DNA of 36,330 nt from Bdellovibrionota bacterium (lineage in GTDB: Bacteria > Bdellovibrionota_C > UBA2361 > OMII01). Positions 1 through 8,234 of this stretch are shown piece by piece. Location of the stretch: the NCBI GenBank assembly GCA_044356425.1, contig JBIKWG010000003.1, positions 1 through 36,330 of the forward strand, in the 5' to 3' direction. How positions within the stretch are numbered: the first letter of the stretch is position 1; every line of letters starts with the position of its first letter. The position numbers and the translations under genes were made by a program. The notes beneath the pieces were generated by a model. That model made no database searches and was not told the DNA's origin. It saw only the letters and a list, made by a program, of their open reading frames with translations.

Positions 1-273
1 TCAAGGTGTCAAGATGCGCACTCTTTTGCCCCTTACTTGCCTTCTGATATGCCTTCCTAATCGCCTGTATTAGTTCACGTTTCGATTGAAGCGTCATCGT
101 TTGCTCCTCACCTAAATGCCTTAAAACATTTGTGAGGCAACCACTCGCCTAATCGATGCTCAAAACAGCTCTTCCCTTTCTTTTAATGTGAGGCATATCG
201 GTTTCTACAAATAAGAGCACATCGACCCCAGCGGGCACCATAACAGATAAAATGTTTTGGCGAGGTGAATGTC

Positions 274-732
274 ATGTCCAGAGGGGCTCACAATCAGGGT
301 CGTTTCGCAGATAATCTTGTTGATCAGATGACTGAGCTGCGCAACAAGCAAACACTGCGCAATAAAGCCGACATCTCGCTTGCTACAGCCATGCTACTCA
401 TAGAGGTGGCTAGCTCAGATAACGTAATTGATCGAATTGAGCGGTCGGTTATACATGCCGGATTAAAAACGCTATTTAAGATCTCTGACGAATCTGCAAC
501 AGCCGTATTTGAAAAAGCTCAGGCACATATGAGAGCTATGCGGAGCTCATCACTAGAGGCAGCTAAGCTCAAAGACGTTTTGGACCTAAACTCGCGCCGA
601 GCTATCGCGCAAGTTATGGACAACCTCATTCGGTGCAATGGAATCGTCGATTGCATGGAGACATACCTTCGCTCGCGATTTAGAGACCTGTTAGGGCTTC
701 CAGACGAGCCGCTCATGCAGTGCGAGCAGTAA
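274..732 (+). CDS. TerB/DjlA-N-like (tellurite resistance TerB family) protein
   Basis: LLIEVASSDNVIDRIER and second half-repeat LIRCNGIVDCMET...RFRDLLGL match the TerB pattern (A-x-x-D-G-x-x-x-x-E twice, ending LLGL). Start is ATG 274 or GTG 265. Confidence 0.7.
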   Translation: MSRGAHNQGRFADNLVDQMTELRNKQTLRNKADISLATAMLLIEVASSDNVIDRIERSVIHAGLKTLFKISDESATAVFEKAQAHMRAMRSSSLEAAKLKDVLDLNSRRAIAQVMDNLIRCNGIVDCMETYLRSRFRDLLGLPDEPLMQCEQ

Positions 733-898
733 CCCTTTCAAAGCGCCGCGCTATACCGTGCACCACCAAGAACGAGTGGGATTATGCCCTGCTGAACGAA
801 CAGGCGCTGGTTGATAGTCGCTATAAGATTTCCTCGTAATGGATCTACCCATAATGCCCCCGGAGCCACTTTGGCCGCCGATTTTTAGCCGCGCAAAC

Positions 899-925
899 TC
901 AGTCTCGTCGGCAATTAACCGACCT
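899..925 (+). promoter_or_regulatory. Possible sigma-28 (FliA)-like promoter for the flagellin
   Basis: TCAG-N15-ACCGACCT versus consensus TAAA-N15-GCCGATAA, about 105 nt upstream of the ATG; degenerate match. Confidence 0.3.
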
Positions 926-1030
926 GGCAAGTAGACGAAACAGAAGTCACGGCTCATTCTGCGTGACGGCTGTATTGAACTGCCCTGGTCAGCAAGGGCC
1001 CGAGGCACTGCACCTACAAGGAGCGCGCGT

Positions 1031-1849
1031 ATGGTATCATCCACCAAACCATCAGTCTCATCCGGACTAGCTAACCTGGCAAAGGCGGCAAAGGAGAGCG
1101 GAAAAGCCTTTGAACGCCTCTCTTCTGGTAAGCGTCTCAATAAGGCATCAGACGGCCCTGCTGAAGCTGCAGTGGTTGCTAATCTTGAATCGAGCATAAA
1201 GATGCTCGGTCAGGCCACTCGCAACGTCGGCGATACAAGCTCTGCCCTGCAGGTTGCAGACGGCGCAACTGAACAGATTCAAAATCTTGTGGTGCGCCAG
1301 CAAGAGCTTGCCACACAGGCTGCTAACGGCTCCCTCTCTGATGAGCAGCGCGGGACGCTGCAAGCGGAGTACTCTGCGCTCTCAGAAGAGATAACTCGCA
1401 TTTCAGATACTACCCAGTTTAATGGTAAAAAGCTGCTCTCGGGTGAACCACTCTCGACTCAAGTGGGCACAGACGCCAGCGCTGGCTCAACCATCACGGC
1501 CCCAGGAATCGATACGGCATCACTAGCCTCTGCGGCCGGAACACAAAACATCGGAACTCAGGCGGGCGCTCAATCCGCAATATCTGCGCTCAATGACTTC
1601 TCTTCTGCTCTCTCTCAACAACGCGGCGGCTCTATTGGGGCGGTTCAATCGAGACTAGAGAGTGCAGGCTCTTCGATCTCAGCCCGAAGAATTGCCGAGG
1701 AAGAGGCGCGGTCTCGGATTGCTGACGCAGATATCGCAGAGGAGAGCTCCTCTCTGGTTCGCAGTCAGATATTAGCCCAAAACTCGGCGTCACTCGTGGC
1801 ACAGGCATCTCGGCTCGACCGTAATCGGATAAAAGAGCTATTGGGCTAG
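1031..1849 (+). CDS. fliC: Flagellin (short, D0/D1 only, divergent)
   Basis: N-terminal ERLSSGKRLNKASD, LQVADGA, ELATQAANGSLSDEQR, TTQFNGKKLL; C-terminal IGAVQSRLE, SRIADADIAEE, QILAQ; RBS AAGGAG at 1019-1024. Confidence 0.92.
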   Translation: MVSSTKPSVSSGLANLAKAAKESGKAFERLSSGKRLNKASDGPAEAAVVANLESSIKMLGQATRNVGDTSSALQVADGATEQIQNLVVRQQELATQAANGSLSDEQRGTLQAEYSALSEEITRISDTTQFNGKKLLSGEPLSTQVGTDASAGSTITAPGIDTASLASAAGTQNIGTQAGAQSAISALNDFSSALSQQRGGSIGAVQSRLESAGSSISARRIAEEEARSRIADADIAEESSSLVRSQILAQNSASLVAQASRLDRNRIKELLG

Positions 1850-2007
1850 CCGCACCTGACCCTCGGCTTTCTCTGAAAAACAAGGGCCGGGGATATTTTT
1901 CCTCATACCTGCAGAAGCTCTCTAGAATAGACAGGCACCTTGTCGCTACCCTTTGACTAGCAAGGCACTATTGATAATCCTTAGAAGCAGCCAACAACTG
2001 CTTCACT

Positions 2008-2982
2008 ATGATTGATTTTGAGCCGTTAAAAAACTCAGGGTGCAGCCCCCTACTCGCTCAACTGAGAGAGCTTGAGAGAACATCTCGCATCCGCACGCCG
2101 ATGCTTAGCGAAAATGCGATGGCCGGAGCTTTGCTAGAAACAGGGAAGGACTCCCTATTTCCGACAGAAGACTCCCGCTGTCCTTTTAAAAAGATGCTAA
2201 GCGCTCCAGCTAAAATCCTGGCGTACTCATTAGTCGAAAAGCTCATCGGTTCATTCTGGACTCTCGTTGAGACGGATCTGGCCCTGCGACAATCAGGAAC
2301 CCTTCCAATTGCAGTGAATACTAGAGATCCTATCAACGAGTACATGAAGCCCCACCACCTTCAAGATCTTCTAAGGAACACCCCCCAAGAGCAGCACTCC
2401 CTCCTGATCTGTGCACTATTAAAGAATACGATATCGGTATGGTGTGAATCTTTGGCTCCACGCACTCAGCTTTTTTCGCTTAGTGGTGCCCAACTTGATG
2501 CGCTTATTAGACGGCTTGCCCCTGGCCTAGACCAGTCGTCTCCAGCGATTCTTAGATCAGTTCATACCCTGCTCAGTGCGGCACTGGATTCCAACCAAAC
2601 ATTTTTTTATGACGTATCTTCTGCTATTCAAGACTCTCTTGACCTCAATGATCATAAGTCTCGCTTACTGGCCCTAAACGTACTGCGAGATGCTGCACAC
2701 TTACACGTGAGCACTTTTATTTCTCTATCAGGAGTGCTCGCCAGCGTGCCGCCCTCGCAAACATTTGTCCTTAATCGGCAGGGAAAGCTATTGCTTCATG
2801 AAGCACTACTAAGCCAGTTGAGCGACGAGTTACAAACGCTCCCTCGACGAACTCCCCGCCTCAGTTGTCCCGCGTCCCGTTCTAAAGCTACATTACGAAA
2901 TGGGCGCGAGGTGTATGTGCTGGGACGATACCTCTCATGGATAGCCTCGGCTCATGAAGCGCGGGCAGAGGTAACTACATGA
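2008..2982 (+). CDS. Hypothetical protein, 324 aa, Leu-rich, with Cys-Pro motifs
   Basis: Long uninterrupted ORF filling the gap between flagellin and the convergent PKS operon; no recognisable family. Confidence 0.7.
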   Translation: MIDFEPLKNSGCSPLLAQLRELERTSRIRTPMLSENAMAGALLETGKDSLFPTEDSRCPFKKMLSAPAKILAYSLVEKLIGSFWTLVETDLALRQSGTLPIAVNTRDPINEYMKPHHLQDLLRNTPQEQHSLLICALLKNTISVWCESLAPRTQLFSLSGAQLDALIRRLAPGLDQSSPAILRSVHTLLSAALDSNQTFFYDVSSAIQDSLDLNDHKSRLLALNVLRDAAHLHVSTFISLSGVLASVPPSQTFVLNRQGKLLLHEALLSQLSDELQTLPRRTPRLSCPASRSKATLRNGREVYVLGRYLSWIASAHEARAEVTT

Positions 2983-3013
2983 TCGGCTTAAGCAGGCGCA
3001 GATAAAAATATTG

Positions 3014-4168
3014 CTAGTGACCAAGCCACGAAATTGCCCTGCAGCGGCGGCTATAGGACGCATGCGAGTGTATCGCGCTTGAAACTGTGCCAGCAACTCC
3101 AGATGACACCAGAAAGGGAAGAGCCACTCGGCCCATTTTCGTCGCGAACGTCATCGACGTGAGCTTTGTAAAGCCTCGCAGATCACGGGTTTGGTCGTAC
3201 CGATTACGCTCATACTCATGTAGCTCATTTGATATATTCGAAGCGGATAGCGCTTTAAGGATGTGCTTGCCTGCGAGTTTTCCCGAGATCAGCGCGTGCG
3301 TCATTCCAAATCCGGCGCAAGGGTCAAACGTCTCGCATGCATCTCCGACAACAAAGGCTCCACGGCATTGAGCTCCGCGGTGAAGCGAGCCAATAGCCCC
3401 GCTGCTTAGTGGCACCTCGGTGGGTTCAAGGCTCAGCTTCAAATATCTGCTCAACAGCTCAACCTGGCTGGCGAGGCGACGAAGATGCGCAAACGGCTGT
3501 ACGAGAGCGACACCCCCAAGTACAGAGATGTTCACGCGGCTATGAGGTAGCGGCGTCAAATATATCTCCCCGCCCTGCATTAAAAATAGATGCACGCGTG
3601 GAGCTAGAGAACCTTTAATAATTTGCCACTGGGAGCTAGATCCCAGCCGGTCAGTGCGATAAACCGCCGACCCCTCTGAAAGGGCCCTTACGGTCGACGA
3701 CTGTGCGCCATCCGCTGCTACCAGTAGGCGTGTTGAAATAGTTCGGCCCTTGAGCCGCACGGTAAAAACTCCGCAGCTATCGCGTGACACCTGGGGAACT
3801 TCTCCCTGAATTAACTCCACATGTCCTAAGCCCAAAGCATATTGAAGAAGTTTCCAGTCAAGTTGATATCTTTCAACCGCTATCAGCCCTGAATGTGAGG
3901 GGATATGTAATGTACGATCTGCGCGATGGATGCTGTATCCATCAAGTGAGAGATGTGAACAGCCTGTTGTAGCTAGCGAGAACCCTATATCATCCAACTC
4001 AGCACGCCCGCGCGCCGACAAACCCTCACCGCAAGGCTTTCGCCGAGGGAATCTGCCTTTATCGATCACAATAGCCCGCACGCCCATGCGAGCAAGCGTT
4101 GCAGCAGTTGCAGCCCCTGCAAGGGATGCACCGATGATAACTACAGGATCAGACCACATCGTAGCCAT
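3014..4168 (-). CDS. FAD-dependent oxidoreductase/monooxygenase (geranylgeranyl reductase-like family)
   Basis: Rossmann VIIGASLAG, FPRRKPCGEGLS, AADGAQS (DG motif), VGDACETFDPCAGFGM (GD motif). Confidence 0.88.
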   Translation of the reverse strand: MATMWSDPVVIIGASLAGAATAATLARMGVRAIVIDKGRFPRRKPCGEGLSARGRAELDDIGFSLATTGCSHLSLDGYSIHRADRTLHIPSHSGLIAVERYQLDWKLLQYALGLGHVELIQGEVPQVSRDSCGVFTVRLKGRTISTRLLVAADGAQSSTVRALSEGSAVYRTDRLGSSSQWQIIKGSLAPRVHLFLMQGGEIYLTPLPHSRVNISVLGGVALVQPFAHLRRLASQVELLSRYLKLSLEPTEVPLSSGAIGSLHRGAQCRGAFVVGDACETFDPCAGFGMTHALISGKLAGKHILKALSASNISNELHEYERNRYDQTRDLRGFTKLTSMTFATKMGRVALPFLVSSGVAGTVSSAIHSHASYSRRCRAISWLGH

Positions 4169-4218
4169 TCGAAAAAAACAGAGATAGTTGCTTCGCTAAC
4201 AGACATTTCATGCGACAT

Positions 4219-4791
4219 TTATACCAGGCCTGGAATGAACCGAGGCTTCTGTTCCATCTCTTCACGGTAACCTGATATCGAGAAAAGATGCTGCTCTTCA
4301 AGCGCAATCCGCCTGCGCAAAAAAACCGCGTTGCAAATGGTATAGAAGATTGCCGTATAGAGCGCACCACCAACCAGGGGCAGTGTCGCCAACTCAATTA
4401 TCACAACCAGGTAGTTGGGATGTCTGATATAACGATACGGACCATTAGAGACAAATAATCGCCCGTTACTATCGGTAGTCAGTACCGATATATTCCAAAA
4501 CCTTCCCAACGTCCGTAGAGCCCAGAAACGTAGGGCTTGGGAGGCCAAGAATAGTGCGGTTGCAGCGATGCAAACAGCAACAGGAATTGCTGCTGGTAGA
4601 AGTAACTTTTCACAAACAGTACTCGCATACCAGGATCCATGCAGCATCACCATAGCGCGCAATCCTTGTGGACTCTCTCTGTCAGCAAATCCGCGTGCGC
4701 TCATAAATTGCTGATTGCGCCGCGAAACGAGCAGCTCAGTCAGCCGTTCTGCCATGCAGTAAACGAAGAGCACCCAGAACACTGTATCCAT
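4219..4791 (-). CDS. ICMT-family membrane methyltransferase (BpsB/SrsB-like)
   Basis: ERLTELLVSRRN, LRFWALRTLGRFWN, GPYRYIRHPNY, RRIALEE; its ATG overlaps the PKS stop (TGATG). Confidence 0.9.
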   Translation of the reverse strand: MDTVFWVLFVYCMAERLTELLVSRRNQQFMSARGFADRESPQGLRAMVMLHGSWYASTVCEKLLLPAAIPVAVCIAATALFLASQALRFWALRTLGRFWNISVLTTDSNGRLFVSNGPYRYIRHPNYLVVIIELATLPLVGGALYTAIFYTICNAVFLRRRIALEEQHLFSISGYREEMEQKPRFIPGLV

Positions 4792-5831
4792 CAGCTACAC
4801 TCTAAGAGATTTACTTGAAGCGTTAGTCCGGGCCCAACACCCAACATAATTACTCGGTCACCCGGCTTGTACGGCTTCTCCCGCAAAAAGCCATCCAGCG
4901 CAAAGAGGATCGACGCTGAAGACATGTTGCCGTAATCACGCAAACTATCCCAGCTCCACCGCGAACGCTCACGCGATATGCCGAAAGCTTCTTCGAGGCT
5001 TGTTAGAATCTTTACTCCACCCGGGTGAAAAAGCCACCAATCAATCTCACTAACAGATAGCTGAACCGAGGCAAGAAACTGACTTATGACCTCTGGGGCG
5101 GCGCGCAAAAGAGCTTGGGGAATCTCTTTATCGAGCCGCAGGTGAGTGCCTTCATCCTGTATATCATACCCCATTAGATTATGAGTATCGGGAATGAGGA
5201 AAGAGCGACAGAGCGCAAGTTTCAGCGGGCCTGGCTCTCGAGAAATTACTACACACGCTGCGCCGTCTCCGAAAATGGCCGAGCCCACAATATTTCCAGC
5301 GCGAAAGTCAGCCCCCTGGTATACGAGCGAACAGAGCTCAACCGATGCAAGCACCGTCGTGCCACAGGACTCACAAAGCTGCTGAGCAAGCGCTAATCCA
5401 ACCGCACCACCGGCACAGCCGTACTGAAAAACAGGTAGACGAAAGATAGAGGCAGACAAGCCAAGTGGCGTAACAACCTTAGCGTCAATGGCAGGAATAG
5501 CAGGTATAGAGCACGAGGTGCTAATAAGGGCTCCTACGGTGGCAGCTGGAACATGCGCCGCTGACAATCCTTTTCTAATTACATTTGCTAAAAGAGACGC
5601 CCCAACTTCATCAAAGATTTTTGCTCGCTCAGCGGCCCCTTGAAGACCAAGCAGATCTGCCAGAGGCAATGCAAAATTTCGATTCTCTATCTTTGTCGTG
5701 GCGGCAAGGCGCTCAAAAAGTGCTTTCTGCTGGGGGTCGCTTGCTAGCCACGCCGCCGCCGCTTCGGCTATATCGTGCGTCGAATATCGATAGGGAGGCA
5801 GATCAGTAGCAACAGCGTGAATGAATGACAT
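4791..5831 (-). CDS. Type III polyketide synthase (chalcone synthase-like)
   Basis: Intact Cys-His-Asn triad: YGCAGG, FHPGG, GNMSSAS; also SVELCSL, FGDGAA and GVGPGLT. Confidence 0.95.
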   Translation of the reverse strand: MSFIHAVATDLPPYRYSTHDIAEAAAAWLASDPQQKALFERLAATTKIENRNFALPLADLLGLQGAAERAKIFDEVGASLLANVIRKGLSAAHVPAATVGALISTSCSIPAIPAIDAKVVTPLGLSASIFRLPVFQYGCAGGAVGLALAQQLCESCGTTVLASVELCSLVYQGADFRAGNIVGSAIFGDGAACVVISREPGPLKLALCRSFLIPDTHNLMGYDIQDEGTHLRLDKEIPQALLRAAPEVISQFLASVQLSVSEIDWWLFHPGGVKILTSLEEAFGISRERSRWSWDSLRDYGNMSSASILFALDGFLREKPYKPGDRVIMLGVGPGLTLQVNLLECS

Positions 5832-5836
5832 ACAAC

Positions 5837-6439
5837 CTATTTTTTTAACGGCACCGTCGTTTGAATCGAGATGGTAGCAGTTGGGTCAAGCCGCGCTATG
5901 AGAATCGAGGGGTCCTCCACATTAAACTCAGCCCACGATATCTGGATACCTCCACTAATCGCATACCTATTATTCTCTTTAGCAATCTCAACCGGCAGCT
6001 CGATATCTTTGGATACATCACGAATTGTAAGAACTCCTTTTAGCGAACCGCTGCATTTTCCGTGCAGATCGAGCACGACGGGCGAGCAACTCTCTGAGAG
6101 ACGAGTCGAGCGAAAGGAAACGGAGGGAAAGCGTTCTGCTGCCAAAACCTCCAGCATACGTTCATCGCGAGATAGAGAATCTGTATTAAACCAGCGCACG
6201 GGAATAACGATACTTGCCTCTATAGAGAGCGGGTCTGCTACACTGCCCTGAATTACTGTCCCAGAGACCCCCCTGGTAGCACCCCGCACAAGGTGCCACG
6301 TTGAATCAACTTCAAATGAGACGATAGTATTAGAGTCATCTACTGCAATAGGCAGCTGCCACGAAGCTGCGAAAGCAGCTGGTGAGCAAGAGGCAGCTAT
6401 AAACATTAGGATGATATAAGCAGCGTTTTTCACAACCAC
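5837..6439 (-). CDS. YceI-family lipid/polyisoprenoid-binding protein with signal peptide
   Basis: Signal peptide ending AAFA-A; VSFEVDSTWHLVRG, TDSLSRDERM, FPSVSFRS, GVLTIRDVSKDIELP. Start codon uncertain. Confidence 0.88.
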   Translation of the reverse strand: MVVKNAAYIILMFIAASCSPAAFAASWQLPIAVDDSNTIVSFEVDSTWHLVRGATRGVSGTVIQGSVADPLSIEASIVIPVRWFNTDSLSRDERMLEVLAAERFPSVSFRSTRLSESCSPVVLDLHGKCSGSLKGVLTIRDVSKDIELPVEIAKENNRYAISGGIQISWAEFNVEDPSILIARLDPTATISIQTTVPLKK

Positions 6440-6675
6440 AACGGCTAAATCTATGTTCTTACGGTTAGCTCGCTAGTTTAACCCTGTGGCAAAAGACAGG
6501 AAACGAGCATGTACGACTGGAGTCTGCAATAATAGTTTTTGGCAACGTTACCCCGTAACAAACAATCATAATTCCTCCCTAAAACTTTCGCTACTTCTGC
6601 AAATTATATAATAATTGGGGAAAGCAACACGATAATCACGTAATCGAAAATCAGCACAACAGACAGCACAAATTT

Positions 6676-7428
6676 ATGGGTATTAAAAGTTTTGCTCTCT
6701 TAATGGGGGCAACCTGCCATCTGCTCTTCTTTGCATCTGTCGCTGTAATGTTAGCAGCGCTCTTTGGTGAAATGAATCTTTATCAGGGCCCGCTGCGAGG
6801 TTACTCTGCTGTCTGCTTCGACCTGCTGCTACTAATTCAATTCCCCCTGCTGCACTCATTTCTTCTCAGCAGAGGAGGTCGCGCCGCTCTTGCTTCGGTT
6901 TTTCCGCAAGAGTTAGGTAAACATTTAGTTACCACCACATTCGTCATGTGCGCCTCTGTTCAGCTTCTGCTGCTGTTTGGATTATGAGCACACCTTGGAA
7001 CCCAGCAGTGGGCCCCTACTGGGTTCACTCTATCTGTGTGGAAAGGTGCATATGCGATCAGCTGGATATTGCTTGGTCTCTCGATGATCAATGCAGGCCT
7101 CGGAACTCAGATGGGGTACACCGGATGGATTGCGGTTTTTCGCGGCAAAGAGCCTACGTACCCCTCATTTCCTTCACATGGTCTCTACACAATTTGTCGA
7201 CACCCGGTGTATTTCTCGATGGCATTAGTATCTTGCTCTGGCCCAGTATGGAACATAGACCATGTGATTATTAGTGCGGTTTTTATTTCGTATTGCATCG
7301 CTGGACCGATGATAAAGGATCGTCGTTTTCGCAAAAAGTTTGGCGACGCCTTTGTGGCCTATCACAACAGTGTGCCATTTTATCCAACACCTACGTCCTG
7401 CTTTCGGGCGCTGTTTCGTCGCCGCTAA
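6676..7428 (+). pseudogene. MddA/nurim-like ICMT-superfamily membrane methyltransferase interrupted by one in-frame TGA (6985-6987); pseudogene, sequence error or recoded gene
   Basis: ORFs 6676..6987 and 7036..7428 are in the same frame. Reading through gives about 250 aa with DLLLLIQFPLLHS, LLLFGL*AHLGTQQW, GLYTICRHPVY and KFGDAFVAYHNSVP. Confidence 0.8.
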
Positions 7429-7640
7429 AGTGTCAAAATAGCTCTTCCTCCTATTATCCGCCTGAATCCTATCATGCTGGCGTTGCGGGTGTATTTTTCC
7501 CGCTGATTGGGGTACCTTTGCTTCCACAGAGTGAGTTATGCTGGTGGAACCTATTGAATGGGCTAGCCCGCCGATACCTTTTATTGACCGTCCCCTGCGA
7601 TCAGCGTGAAGATAGAGAGATAGCGAGCAGTAAATTACAT

Positions 7641-8234
7641 ATGCGAGAGCGTTGGGCACAGGTAGATAAGATTCTTCAGGACGTTTTCTTCGTCACCGGA
7701 AACCGCTACAAGCTGCTGGAAGTTGAATCCGTTCTTGGAAAGATGCGTCACATCGATCTGGATCTGCCAGAGATCCAAGAGCTAGCTCCTCGCAAAGTTG
7801 TGATAGCAAAGGCTCAAGCGGCGATGGCGCAGGGATACTGCCCGGTTCTTATTGAAGACACCTCGCTCTCTGTCGTGCGGATGAACGGGCTGCCTGGACC
7901 TCTTATCAAATGGTTTTTGCAGTCTATGGGCGGAGAGGGTCTATATCGCATGGCCTCGTCACTCGGCAGCTGCGAAGCAGAAGTGCGAACTATTTTTGGC
8001 CTCGCGCTCGGTCCGCAGACTTTTATTTACGGAGAGGGCTTTCTGACCGGAGAGGTCGTAGCTCCTCGCGGCGGCGGGTTTGGATGGGACGCGATCTTTC
8101 AGCCAACGGACAGCACCAAGACGTTTGGAGAAATGGATCCAAATGAGCGGGCAGCGATGAGTATGCGAGTGAAGGCGCTGCACGACCTACGAGCTCAGTT
8201 AGAGCGCTTTAATAAAAGCCATGCAAGCGAGTGA
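7641..8234 (+). CDS. rdgB: Non-canonical purine NTP pyrophosphatase (Ham1/ITPase family)
   Basis: FVTGNRYKLLE, DLPEIQ, EDTSL, GLPGPLIKWF, FGWDAIFQP, KTFGEM. Homology starts near ATG 7641, not at ORF-track start 7293. Confidence 0.9.
   Translation: MRERWAQVDKILQDVFFVTGNRYKLLEVESVLGKMRHIDLDLPEIQELAPRKVVIAKAQAAMAQGYCPVLIEDTSLSVVRMNGLPGPLIKWFLQSMGGEGLYRMASSLGSCEAEVRTIFGLALGPQTFIYGEGFLTGEVVAPRGGGFGWDAIFQPTDSTKTFGEMDPNERAAMSMRVKALHDLRAQLERFNKSHASE

Noticed and set aside
885-1020. c-di-GMP-I riboswitch upstream of the flagellin
   Set aside because: GCAAA/GAAA fragments are present, but the GGCAAA...GAAA...GACGCAAAG architecture is not.
751-1197. 148-aa minus-strand ORF
   Set aside because: Overlaps the flagellin antisense and has no recognisable motif; probably a shadow ORF.
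6985-6987. Genome-wide reassignment of UGA (code 4 or 25)
   Set aside because: TGA ends ettA, the PKS and the Ham1 gene at their expected C-termini, TGG is used freely for Trp, and only one internal TGA was found.
7293-7640. N-terminal extension or fusion on the Ham1 protein
   Set aside because: Overlaps the upstream gene and does not look protein-like; homology begins near 7641. The same reasoning applies to the extensions at 15563-15745 and 33291-33434.
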